Made by a program: the position numbers and the translations under genes
Origin: Thiobacillus sp.
GTDB taxonomy: Bacteria; Pseudomonadota; Gammaproteobacteria; Burkholderiales; Thiobacillaceae
Length of the DNA stretch: 64,000 bases
Reading direction: 5' to 3'
Assembly: GCA_031426895.1 (NCBI GenBank)
Contig: JASJPE010000014.1
Location: 16,849-80,848 of the forward strand
Notes under the pieces: generated by a model
The model's database searches: none
Told to the model about the DNA's origin: nothing
Seen by the model: only the letters and a program-made list of their open reading frames with translations
Shown: piece by piece, positions 55,410 to 64,000 of the stretch
How positions within the stretch are numbered: position 1 is the first letter of the stretch
Layout: the number at the start of each line of letters is the position of its first letter

Positions 55410-57284
55410 ATGAATCAGTCCCATCCAGAAAATAGCACCTCCCGTACCCTTGTTCTCGGCGCGCTCGGTGTCGTTTTCGGCGATATCGGCACCAGCCCGC
55501 TTTACACCATGAAGGAGGTATTCGGCGGTCATCACCTGGCACTCAGCCAGGACAACGTGCTGGGTATTCTCTCCCTGATTTTCTGGTCGCTGATGCTGGT
55601 GGTGTCCATCAAGTACGTCAGCGTCATGATGCGGGCCGACAACAAGGGGGAGGGCGGCATTCTGGCTCTGCTCGCCCTGCTTCAAGGTCATGCGCCGCTG
55701 GGATCGCGGGCGCGCTGGCTCATCATGTCGCTGGGGTTTCTCGGCGCGTCATTGTTCTTCGGGGATACCCTGATTACGCCGGCTATCTCCGTGCTGTCTG
55801 CCGTTGAAGGCCTGGAAATGGGCGCGCCGGCCTTGCACCCCTTCATCGTGCCGCTTGCGCTTGGCATTCTTGTCGGGCTGTTTGTCATTCAGCAACACGG
55901 CACTGCTTCCATTGGCAAATTGTTCGGTCCCGTCATGGTGCTCTGGTTCGGTGTGCTGGGCCTGCTCGGAACGCTCAGCATCCTCCAGTACCCCCAAATT
56001 CTCGCTGCACTCCTGCCTATCCATGCCGTGCATTTTTTCGCCGCACACGGCACGGCCAGCTTTCTCATTCTGGGTGCGGTCGTGCTGGCAATCACCGGTG
56101 CAGAGGCCTTGTATGCTGATATGGGGCATTTTGGACGTCGCCCCATTCAGTTGGTCTGGTTCGCCTATGTCCTGCCGGCGTTGGTGCTTAACTACTTCGG
56201 ACAGGGGGCATTGCTGCTCGCCAATCCGGAGGCCGTGCGCAACCCGTTTTATATGCTCGCCCCGGAATGGGCGCTTTATCCCATGATCGGCCTGGCTACC
56301 GCAGCGACCGTGATTGCCTCCCAGGCTGTCATCTCGGGCGCGTTCTCGGTGACCCGTCAGGTCATCCAGATGGGCTATGCGCCGCGACTGATCATCCGCC
56401 ACACATCAGCCACCGAGGCGGGGCAGATCTACATTCCCTTCGTGAACTGGACCCTGGCGATCGGCATCGCCCTGCTGGTGCTGGGGTTCCAGAGTTCGAG
56501 CAACCTGGCTGCCGCCTACGGCATCGCCGTAACCGGCACCTTTGCCATCGATACCCTGTTGCTGGGGCTGGTTATGCGCGTGCAATGGGACATCGGGCCG
56601 CGCGTAACCCTGTTTACCGTGCTGACTTTCCTGACCATCGACCTCGCCTTTTTCGGCGCGAATATCGTCAAGATCCCGGACGGTGGCTGGTTCCCCCTGA
56701 TTGCCGCGCTGATGATCTTCACCCTGCTGGTGACCTGGAAGCGCGGCCGCGAAATCGTGATGCAGCGCCTGAGCGAAAAGGCATTGCCCCTTGTCCCCTT
56801 CGTGGAAAATATCCAGGCCTATCCGCCGACCAGCGTATCCGGGACCGCCGTATTCATGACCGCAGACGCGAATGGCGTACCCCCGGCGCTGTTGCACAAC
56901 CTCAAGCACAACAAGGTCCTGCATGAACGCGTGGTGATCCTGAACGTGCGCTATGCGGAAGTTCCGTATGTCGCTGCCGACAGACGGCTCGAAATGACAA
57001 AACTGGCCGAGGGTTTCTATCATGTCGTCATCCGCTATGGCTTCATGGACAACATCGATATTCCCATGGCCCTGGCGGAGTGCCCCTGTGGAATGAAGTT
57101 CGACTTGATGGATACGACCTTCTTTTTCAGCCGGGAAAACCTGATCCCCACCCATGGGAAAGGCATGTCGATCTGGCGGGAGCATATATTCGCCGCCATG
57201 GCACGCAACGCCGCCAGTCCCATGAGCTTTTTCCAGATTCCCGCCAACCGGGTAGTCGAACTGGGTGCGCAGTTGGAGATTTGA
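55410..57284 (+). CDS. kup: KUP/HAK/KT potassium uptake protein
   Basis: LGALGVVFGDIGTSPLY start motif, GAEALYADMGHFG, and 12-TM architecture plus a cytoplasmic C-domain. Confidence 0.95.
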   Translation: MNQSHPENSTSRTLVLGALGVVFGDIGTSPLYTMKEVFGGHHLALSQDNVLGILSLIFWSLMLVVSIKYVSVMMRADNKGEGGILALLALLQGHAPLGSRARWLIMSLGFLGASLFFGDTLITPAISVLSAVEGLEMGAPALHPFIVPLALGILVGLFVIQQHGTASIGKLFGPVMVLWFGVLGLLGTLSILQYPQILAALLPIHAVHFFAAHGTASFLILGAVVLAITGAEALYADMGHFGRRPIQLVWFAYVLPALVLNYFGQGALLLANPEAVRNPFYMLAPEWALYPMIGLATAATVIASQAVISGAFSVTRQVIQMGYAPRLIIRHTSATEAGQIYIPFVNWTLAIGIALLVLGFQSSSNLAAAYGIAVTGTFAIDTLLLGLVMRVQWDIGPRVTLFTVLTFLTIDLAFFGANIVKIPDGGWFPLIAALMIFTLLVTWKRGREIVMQRLSEKALPLVPFVENIQAYPPTSVSGTAVFMTADANGVPPALLHNLKHNKVLHERVVILNVRYAEVPYVAADRRLEMTKLAEGFYHVVIRYGFMDNIDIPMALAECPCGMKFDLMDTTFFFSRENLIPTHGKGMSIWREHIFAAMARNAASPMSFFQIPANRVVELGAQLEI

Positions 57285-57344
57285 GGCCTACTTTTGATCG
57301 GGCGACCTGACCCGTCATACCGGGGGGGGTAGACGCTTAAAGCT

Positions 57345-57941
57345 TCAATGCCGTTTTTGCCACCATATATATCCACCAATAATCAATGCGACAAATGCAA
57401 TGACACCGACGGTGATATGGTGCTGGTATTCCTTGATGAGCGCTTCGTTGCCGCCCAGAAAATAGCCGAACAGGGTGAGGACGAGTGACCAAAGTCCCGC
57501 GCCAAGGCAGGTGTAGAGCGCGAAGGCGCCAGGGTTCATGCGGGTGAGTCCGGCGGGGATGGAAATCAGGTGGCGGATGCCGGGTATGAGACGACCGGTG
57601 AAGGTGGAGACCGCGCCGTGCTTCGCAAAGAAGGTATCGGTCTTATGCAGCAGTTCGGGGCGTACGAAGAAATAGCGGCCCCAGCGTTCGAGGAAGGGCC
57701 GCCCCAGCCACATTGATACGACGTAGTTGAGCGATGCCCCAACCAGGCTGCCGACGGTGGACGCCAGCACGATCAAGCCGAAATTCATTTGTCCCTGGTG
57801 AGCCAGGTAGCCTGCGGGGATTAGCACCAGTTCGCTCGGCACCGGCAATACGGTGGATTCGAGCGCCATCAGGATGAAGATGCCGGTGTAGCCCCAGTCG
57901 TGTACGGTGGCGAGAATCCAGCTGATGAAATCGTGGAGCAT
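57345..57941 (-). CDS. DedA family membrane protein
   Basis: 198 aa. ES..LPVPSE..LIPAGY and the F.GR.IPG.R re-entrant loop motif. Confidence 0.85.
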   Translation of the reverse strand: MLHDFISWILATVHDWGYTGIFILMALESTVLPVPSELVLIPAGYLAHQGQMNFGLIVLASTVGSLVGASLNYVVSMWLGRPFLERWGRYFFVRPELLHKTDTFFAKHGAVSTFTGRLIPGIRHLISIPAGLTRMNPGAFALYTCLGAGLWSLVLTLFGYFLGGNEALIKEYQHHITVGVIAFVALIIGGYIWWQKRH

Positions 57942-58006
57942 GTTGGAACGGCCGTTTCAAGATGCGGGATACAAGTTACAAGAGGTAGGAACGCGTGCTC
58001 CGTGCC

Positions 58007-58034
58007 CTTGAATCTTGAATCTTGTTACTTGAAT
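58007..58034. repeat. four tandem heptamers CTTGAAT/CTTGTTA
   Basis: CTTGAAT CTTGAAT CTTGTTA CTTGAAT lies directly beyond the secF stop and about 65-95 nt upstream of the dedA-like start on the minus strand. Confidence 0.7.
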
Positions 58035-58035
58035 C

Positions 58036-58968
58036 TTAAACAACTGCTTCTTCCTTCTTTTCCACCGGCTTGATGAAGTGCTCGCGCTTGATGCCAAACA
58101 TCAGCAGAAGCGGCGCGGCGACCAGCACCGAGGAATAGATGCCAAACATGATGCCGATGGTGAGTGCGAGTGCGAAGTTATGCAGCGCTTCGCCCCCAAA
58201 GAACAGCATTGACAGCACCATGATTTGCGTTGCGCCGTGGGTGATGATGGTGCGGCTCATGGTAGTGGTAATGGCATCGTCGATGATGTGCGGGATGGTC
58301 GCGCCGCGCATCTTGCGGATGTTCTCGCGGATCCGGTCGAAGATCACCACCGATTCGTTGACCGAGTAACCCAGCACGGCCAGCACGCCCGCCAGCACGG
58401 TGAGCGTGAACTCCCACTGGAAGAAGGCAAACACGCCGAGAATGATGACGATGTCGTGCATGTTGGCCAGCATGCCAGCCACTGCAAAGCGCCATTCGAA
58501 GCGCACGGCCAGGTAGGCCATGATGCCGAAAGCAACCACTAGCAGCGCGAGGGCGCCGTTATCGTAGAGCTCCTTGCCGATTTGTGGGCCGACGAAATCG
58601 ACTTTTTTGAGTTCCACGCCTGCATCGGCTGCGGTCAGCGCGGTCATCACCCGGTTGCTGGTTTGGGCGGCGTTATCCGACCCCCTGACCGGCAGGCGAA
58701 TCAGCACGTCACGGCTGGTGCCAAAGTTTTGCACGGTGACTTCCGGCAGGCCGGTTTTTTCCAGGGTGCTGCGAATCGTTGGCAAGTCGGCGGCGTGGTC
58801 GTAGCTGACCTCGATCACGGTGCCGCCGGTGAAATCGACGCCCAGGTTCAGGCCTTTGTCCCACAGCGCCCACACTGAAAAGAGGAAGGTGATCAGCGAA
58901 ATCGCGGTGGTTACCTTGCCCCAACTCATGAAGGGGATGGTTTTTCTGAAGGGGAAGAGTTCGAGCAT
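58036..58968 (-). CDS. secF: protein translocase subunit SecF
   Basis: 310 aa. LGVDFTGG motif, six TM segments, downstream of secD. Confidence 0.95.
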   Translation of the reverse strand: MLELFPFRKTIPFMSWGKVTTAISLITFLFSVWALWDKGLNLGVDFTGGTVIEVSYDHAADLPTIRSTLEKTGLPEVTVQNFGTSRDVLIRLPVRGSDNAAQTSNRVMTALTAADAGVELKKVDFVGPQIGKELYDNGALALLVVAFGIMAYLAVRFEWRFAVAGMLANMHDIVIILGVFAFFQWEFTLTVLAGVLAVLGYSVNESVVIFDRIRENIRKMRGATIPHIIDDAITTTMSRTIITHGATQIMVLSMLFFGGEALHNFALALTIGIMFGIYSSVLVAAPLLLMFGIKREHFIKPVEKKEEAVV

Positions 58969-58977
58969 GGTTGAGCC

Positions 58978-60792
58978 TTAAATCGAGACTTTGGTCAGGC
59001 GAGCCTTGCGGCCATAGGTGAGGTTGGCCATCGCACGCGACACCGTGACGGCGCTGAACATCGACGTGAGAATACCGAGACACAAGACCACGGCAAATCC
59101 GCGCACCGGGCCGGAACCGAGCCAGAACAACGAGACACCCGCAATCAGGGTGGTGATGTTGGCGTCCAGAATCGTGCTCCAGGCGCGCTCATAACCGGCA
59201 CTGATCGCCGCCTGAGGTGAGGAGCCGTTGCGCAATTCTTCGCGGATGCGTTCGTTGATCAGCACGTTGGCATCAATCGCCATGCCGAGGGTGAGCGCAA
59301 TCGCCGCCATGCCGGGTAAGGTCAGCGTGGCCTGCATCATCGACAGCAAGGCAATCAGGAAGAAGCCATTGATGGCCAGTGCAGCCGAAGAGAAAAGCCC
59401 GAACATCCGGTAGTAGATCGAGATGAATGCCACAACCGCGAAAAAGCCCCAGATGTTGGAATGAAAGCCTTTTTCGATATTCTCTGCGCCCATGCTGGGT
59501 CCGACGGTACGTTCCTCGATGATCTGCATCGGGGCAGCCAGTGCGCCAGCGCGTAGCAGCAGGGATACGTCGGAGGCTTCCTGGGCGGAGTCCATGCCGG
59601 TGATCTGGACCCGGCCGCCGCCGATTTCCTCGCGGATAACCGGGGAGGTGATGGCTTCGGCGCGGCCTTTTTCGATCAGCAGAATCGCCATGCGCTTGCC
59701 GACGTTTTCGCGTGTCACGTCCTTGAACATGCGTGCACCCTTGCTGTCCAGATTGATGTGTACGGCGGCTTGACCGCTGGTACTGTCAAAGCCCGGCGAG
59801 GCATCGGTGATCGAGTCGCCGGTTAGCACCACATCTTTTTTCACTGCGATGCTGCCGCCTTCACGGCTGACCACGATTTCGTCGCCAAACGGCACCTGGC
59901 CCTGGCCGATGGCAATCGGGTCGGCCTGTTCGTCGACCATGCGGATTTCCAGCGTGGCGGTCCGGCCCAGAATATCCTTGGCCTTGGCCGTGTCCTGCAC
60001 ACCGGGCAACTGCACCACGACGCGGTTGGAGCCCTGCTGCTGGATAACAGGCTCAGCCACCCCGAGTTCGTTGACGCGGTTTCTGAGAGTGGTGATGTTT
60101 TGCTGCAAGGCAAATTCCTGCACCTTGGTTTCAGTTTCCGGCTTGAGGCGCGCTGTGAGGGTGAAGCCATCTGCCTGGTCTGCCGGGGTGAGGGTGAGTT
60201 CGGTAAATACCGTGCTCAGCTTGTCAACGCCGGCATCGCGCTGGTCGCGGGTGGAGAAGTGCACGGTGACGGCGTTGCCTTCACGGCTGATGCGGCCGTA
60301 GCGGATCTTGTCGCTGCGTAACTCGGTGCGAAAATCGTTCTGGTAGCGGATGGCGGCCTTTTCCAGCGCCGCTTTCATGTCAACTTCGAGCATGAAGTGC
60401 ACGCCGCCGCGCAAATCCAGGCCGAGGTACATCGGCAGCGCGTTGATGGCGGTGAGCCAGGATGGCGAGGCCGATACCAGATTGAGTGCGATGGTATAGC
60501 GATCGCCGAGACTGGTTTGCAGCACATCCTTGGCCTTGATCTGACTATCCGTGCTGGCAAAGCGTACCTTGACGCTGTTGCCCGCCAGTTCCACGCCGGT
60601 GTAAGTCAGCCTGGCCGACTTTAGCGTGGTTTCCACCTGCCCCAGTAAAGCCGTATCGACCTTTTCGACGGCGCGTAGCGGTGACAGTTGTACCGCTGGC
60701 ACTTCGCCAAAAAAGTTGGGCAGGGAGTAGAGAAAAGCGACTACCAGCGTGATGCCGATGAGCACATATTTCCAGAGTGGGAAGCGGTTCAT
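58978..60792 (-). CDS. secD: protein translocase subunit SecD
   Basis: 604 aa. N-terminal TM helix, large periplasmic domain with LGLDLRGG, and a C-terminal six-TM bundle. Confidence 0.96.
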   Translation of the reverse strand: MNRFPLWKYVLIGITLVVAFLYSLPNFFGEVPAVQLSPLRAVEKVDTALLGQVETTLKSARLTYTGVELAGNSVKVRFASTDSQIKAKDVLQTSLGDRYTIALNLVSASPSWLTAINALPMYLGLDLRGGVHFMLEVDMKAALEKAAIRYQNDFRTELRSDKIRYGRISREGNAVTVHFSTRDQRDAGVDKLSTVFTELTLTPADQADGFTLTARLKPETETKVQEFALQQNITTLRNRVNELGVAEPVIQQQGSNRVVVQLPGVQDTAKAKDILGRTATLEIRMVDEQADPIAIGQGQVPFGDEIVVSREGGSIAVKKDVVLTGDSITDASPGFDSTSGQAAVHINLDSKGARMFKDVTRENVGKRMAILLIEKGRAEAITSPVIREEIGGGRVQITGMDSAQEASDVSLLLRAGALAAPMQIIEERTVGPSMGAENIEKGFHSNIWGFFAVVAFISIYYRMFGLFSSAALAINGFFLIALLSMMQATLTLPGMAAIALTLGMAIDANVLINERIREELRNGSSPQAAISAGYERAWSTILDANITTLIAGVSLFWLGSGPVRGFAVVLCLGILTSMFSAVTVSRAMANLTYGRKARLTKVSI

Positions 60793-60862
60793 GTTTTAGC
60801 CGAGCTGTGAGCGGGGGAGGGGTGGGCAGCGAGTAGATTACTGACTGCGCCTTTCAGAAATC

Positions 60863-61180
60863 TTACAGGCCTTTGATTGTGCCCTTGGGCAGCAGCGTCT
60901 GAATCGACTGCTTCTGCACGAGGGTGATGACGCCATCGGCAATTTCCAGCGACACATACTGATCACCCATTTTGCTGATTTTGCCGACCTGGCCGCTGGC
61001 GGTCACGATTTCATCGCCTTTCGACAGTTCAGACAACATTTGTTTCTGTTCCTTGGCGCGCTTCATCTGCGGGCGGATAAGCATGAACCAGAACAGGATG
61101 CCGATGATGATCAGCGGTAGAAAATCGGTCAGGCCGGGGGTAGCCGCTGCGGCAGTTTGTGCGTGAGCAAGAGAAATCAT
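60863..61180 (-). CDS. yajC: preprotein translocase subunit YajC
   Basis: 105 aa. Single TM helix, IRPQ.KR.KE...ML..L.KGDE..T.GG..G.I motif, upstream of secD. Confidence 0.9.
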   Translation of the reverse strand: MISLAHAQTAAAATPGLTDFLPLIIIGILFWFMLIRPQMKRAKEQKQMLSELSKGDEIVTASGQVGKISKMGDQYVSLEIADGVITLVQKQSIQTLLPKGTIKGL

Positions 61181-61329
61181 GATGTCAGGCTGGAAGTTGG
61201 AAAACCTGCGGATTTTAGCATGCCGGGCGCTGTGTCCCGCTGGATCTCATGGTGGGTGCCAAGGATGAAAAGGCCCGATCTCGTGGTTTTCTTGAGGATT
61301 GCCAGCCATGATGGTGGCTCAATCATCAT

Positions 61330-63993
61330 TCAATTCAATGCCCGTATCGACTGCATCGGCGGCACCCGGGTGATATGCCGGGTGGTGAGCCAGCCGCTCA
61401 TGCCGATCAACAATGCGCCTGCCAGTGGCAGCGCGAGCCATAGCCAGGGGTGCAGGCGAGCGGGAAGTTCAAACAGCCGGTCTGAAATCAACGCCATGGC
61501 AATTTCGGCACAGGCGCTGGCGAGCAGGCCGGCCAGCAGTCCCAGGGCGAGAAATTCGCTCCACAGGCTTTTGGCCAGATAGGCATGCTGGGCACCAAGT
61601 GTGCGCAGCAGCACGGCTTCCTGCTGCCGTGCGTCGAGGCTGGCCAATAGAGTGGCGATGACGACAGCCATGCCGGCAGCGAGCAGGAATCCCAACAGCA
61701 GTTGAATCGCGCCAATGATCTGATCGAATACGGCTTCGATATTGGTGATGAGTTTATCGAGGGCGAGTACGGTGATGCCGGGGAAGGCTTTGACGAATCC
61801 GGGCAACATGCCGGATGCGCCGGGCGGCACGTAGACACTGGCAATGGACGCGGCGGGCAGGGCATCGAGCTGGCCGGGAGCGAAGATGACAAAGAAGTTG
61901 GGTTGCATCGAATCCCATTTCACGCTGCGGATGCTGGTGATGCGCGCGGCCAGGGTCTGGTCACCGATCTGGAAACCGAGCGTGTCGCCAACGGCAAGAT
62001 TGAGTCGCTCCGCCATGCCAGATTCAACCGATATTTCTGTGGAAGGGTCGCTGTGCAGCAGCGGGGCTGCGCCAAGACCGCCCGAAGGGCGAGTGTCAGG
62101 CGGCGTACCCCTTGCGGGTGTACCCACCGGCGTACCCTTTACGGGTGCTGCGGCGTTGCGCGTGCCATGCCAGCGTCCGGCCAGCACAGCATTGTTGGCG
62201 GGCAGGGTGGCAGTCCAGGTGAGGTTGAGTTCGCGCCGCAGGGTGTTGCTGTCACGCGATTCAGGCGGCAGGGTGGAGGCGATGGGAGTGCCGTTCTTGG
62301 TGGTGAGACGGCCGCGCACCATGGGGTAGATGTCCGAGGCCTTGAGGTGATGTTGTGACAGATAATCGGCGACCGCTTGCTGCTGGTGCGGCGCAATATT
62401 CACCAGAAAATAATTGGGTGCTTCCGGCGGCAGTTGCTGGCGCCAGCCCTCGATAAGGTCGCTGCGCACCAGCGCCAGCAAGGCCACCAGAAACAGCGCC
62501 AGGGTAAAGGCCCCAAGCTGCAGGGTGCTGTCGAAGCGGTGGCGCAGCAATTGCGTCAGGCCGAAACGAACCGGGCCATGCGACAGGCGTTGAACGCCGC
62601 GCCCGGCGAAGAGTGCCAGACGGGCCAGCAAGGTGAGTACCAGAACCAGGCCGGCGAGTGCGCCGACGAAAACCCCCACCAGTTTGGCATCGCCCGCATA
62701 CCAGGCAATTAGCAACAGCAGCGCCGTCCCGCTGACTGCAGCGCTGATCCAGGCGCCCAGCGGCAGCGGCGGCAGGTCGCGTCGCAACACGCGTAATGGC
62801 GGCACGCGAATCAGTCGTAAGAGTGCAGGCAAACTGGCGCCCGCCAGCGCCAGCAGGCCGCTGACGATGGCGATGCCGACCGGTGCCAGACCCAGTGTGG
62901 GCAGGCGGGTGACGGCGTCGGGCAGGATCAGCAGCGCCAGCGCCTGTTGCATCATCGCGCCGACTGCGACCCCGACCAGGCTGCCGAGCACGCCCAGTGT
63001 TAACAGTTGGGCGGCATAAAGCGTGCGCAGCTGCGCGGTGGTGGCACCCATGCAGCGCAGCAGGGCTGCCTGATCGTAATGGCGCAGTGCATGACGATGG
63101 GCGGCGATGGCGATGGCCGCCACCGACAGCAGCAGGCTGATGAGCGCGGTGAGCTGGATGTAGCGGTCGGCATTGGCAAATGCGCCGCGCAGGGTCTCGA
63201 CGCCTTCGCGCGAGCCGATCAGACGCTGGGTGCTATCGAGCGTGGGTTTGAGCGCGGCGCCAAACGCCGTGAGTTGATCGGGTTCGCCCGCAAACTGATA
63301 GAGATAGGTGACGCGACTGCCCGGTTGCAGCACGCGCGTGCGTTCGATTTCGTCGGCGCGCATGAAGACGCGCGGGGCGAGGCCGAACACGCCGCCGAGC
63401 TGGCCCGGCTCTTCGGCTACCACGCCGGCGATGGTGAAGCTGGCTTCGCCGATTTGTACGCTATCGCCCACCTTGGCCGACAGCAGTGACAGCAAATCGG
63501 GTGCGACATAAATTGAGCCAGGCAGTGGCTGTGCCGGGCGCGGCGAACTCTCGGCGAAAGTTTGAGAAGCGATCCGCACGACGCCGCGCAGCGGATAGGC
63601 AGCATCAACCGCACGCAAGGTGGCAAGCTGGAAGGCGTCGCCCTTGGCGAGCATGCTGGGAAATTCGAGCGCTTGACTGCTGGAAAGCGCGCCGGTTCTG
63701 GATCTGGTAGGCGTCAATGCAGGCCAGGATTCGATCGGTCGCGGGCTAGTCACCAGCAGGTCGGCCCCCAGAAAACTGGCCCCCTGCTCGCCCATGGCAC
63801 GTTTCAGGCGGTCGCCGAGAAAGCCGGTAGTGGATACGCTGCCGACACCGATAACCAGCGCCAGCAGCAGCACGCGCCATTCGCCGCTGCTGCGTTCGCG
63901 CCGCAGCAACCATAGGCCCAGACGAAGCACCCGTAAAGGGTATGCCGGTGGGTACCCCGCTGCTGCGCAGCGACCCTTCCGCAGAAACCTCAT
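61330..63993 (-). CDS. FtsX-like ABC transporter permease (YbbP-type, duplicated FtsX domains)
   Basis: 887 aa as drawn. LRR...GEWRVLLLALVIGV start region. Two four-TM FtsX modules separated by large periplasmic loops. The start is uncertain because the window ends 7 nt upstream. Confidence 0.8.
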   Translation of the reverse strand: MRFLRKGRCAAAGYPPAYPLRVLRLGLWLLRRERSSGEWRVLLLALVIGVGSVSTTGFLGDRLKRAMGEQGASFLGADLLVTSPRPIESWPALTPTRSRTGALSSSQALEFPSMLAKGDAFQLATLRAVDAAYPLRGVVRIASQTFAESSPRPAQPLPGSIYVAPDLLSLLSAKVGDSVQIGEASFTIAGVVAEEPGQLGGVFGLAPRVFMRADEIERTRVLQPGSRVTYLYQFAGEPDQLTAFGAALKPTLDSTQRLIGSREGVETLRGAFANADRYIQLTALISLLLSVAAIAIAAHRHALRHYDQAALLRCMGATTAQLRTLYAAQLLTLGVLGSLVGVAVGAMMQQALALLILPDAVTRLPTLGLAPVGIAIVSGLLALAGASLPALLRLIRVPPLRVLRRDLPPLPLGAWISAAVSGTALLLLIAWYAGDAKLVGVFVGALAGLVLVLTLLARLALFAGRGVQRLSHGPVRFGLTQLLRHRFDSTLQLGAFTLALFLVALLALVRSDLIEGWRQQLPPEAPNYFLVNIAPHQQQAVADYLSQHHLKASDIYPMVRGRLTTKNGTPIASTLPPESRDSNTLRRELNLTWTATLPANNAVLAGRWHGTRNAAAPVKGTPVGTPARGTPPDTRPSGGLGAAPLLHSDPSTEISVESGMAERLNLAVGDTLGFQIGDQTLAARITSIRSVKWDSMQPNFFVIFAPGQLDALPAASIASVYVPPGASGMLPGFVKAFPGITVLALDKLITNIEAVFDQIIGAIQLLLGFLLAAGMAVVIATLLASLDARQQEAVLLRTLGAQHAYLAKSLWSEFLALGLLAGLLASACAEIAMALISDRLFELPARLHPWLWLALPLAGALLIGMSGWLTTRHITRVPPMQSIRALN

Positions 63994-64000
63994 GCGACGG

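Noticed and set aside
1-64000. CRISPR arrays, rRNA operons, transposases, integrases and phage structural genes
   Set aside because: No array of regularly spaced direct repeats was seen, and none of the translated ORFs shows DDE/HUH transposase, tyrosine or serine recombinase, or phage hallmark motifs.

Overview
This window looks like ordinary core chromosome from a moderately GC-rich Gram-negative bacterium. Gene content and synteny fit a Betaproteobacterium best: rpoE-rseABC-degP, lepA-lepB-rnc-era-recO-pdxJ, rpsF-priB-rpsR-rplI-dnaB-alr, and yajC-secD-secF. I call about 65 protein genes and one tRNA-Gly(CCC). I see no rRNA, CRISPR array, transposase, integrase or prophage. All family names come from reading the translated ORFs and recognising motifs; no database search was run. 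Most start codons are chosen by N-terminal plausibility and are less certain than the reading frames.

Parts that ordinary annotation does not explain:
1. A 169-bp element with terminal inverted repeats occurs twice, with 4 mismatches between copies. Each copy supplies the final His codon and TAG stop of a neighbouring gene.
2. A family of roughly 115-120-bp inverted-repeat elements has TAAGGAG-type ends that coincide with stop codons of neighbouring genes.
3. A tightly coupled four-gene block encodes a TlpA-like redoxin, a thioredoxin-fold protein, a TolC-like protein and a 172-aa minimal adaptor, with no inner-membrane transporter nearby.
4. Two large DUF1631-like paralogs sit in tandem.
5. 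A minimal nucleotidyltransferase is coupled to a 66-aa ORF.
6. Two TusE/DsrC-family proteins lack the C-terminal cysteine.
7. An orphan CsgG-like protein carries an SH3-like tail.

I found no clear novel defence or mobile system. The candidates above are modest, and their interest scores reflect that.
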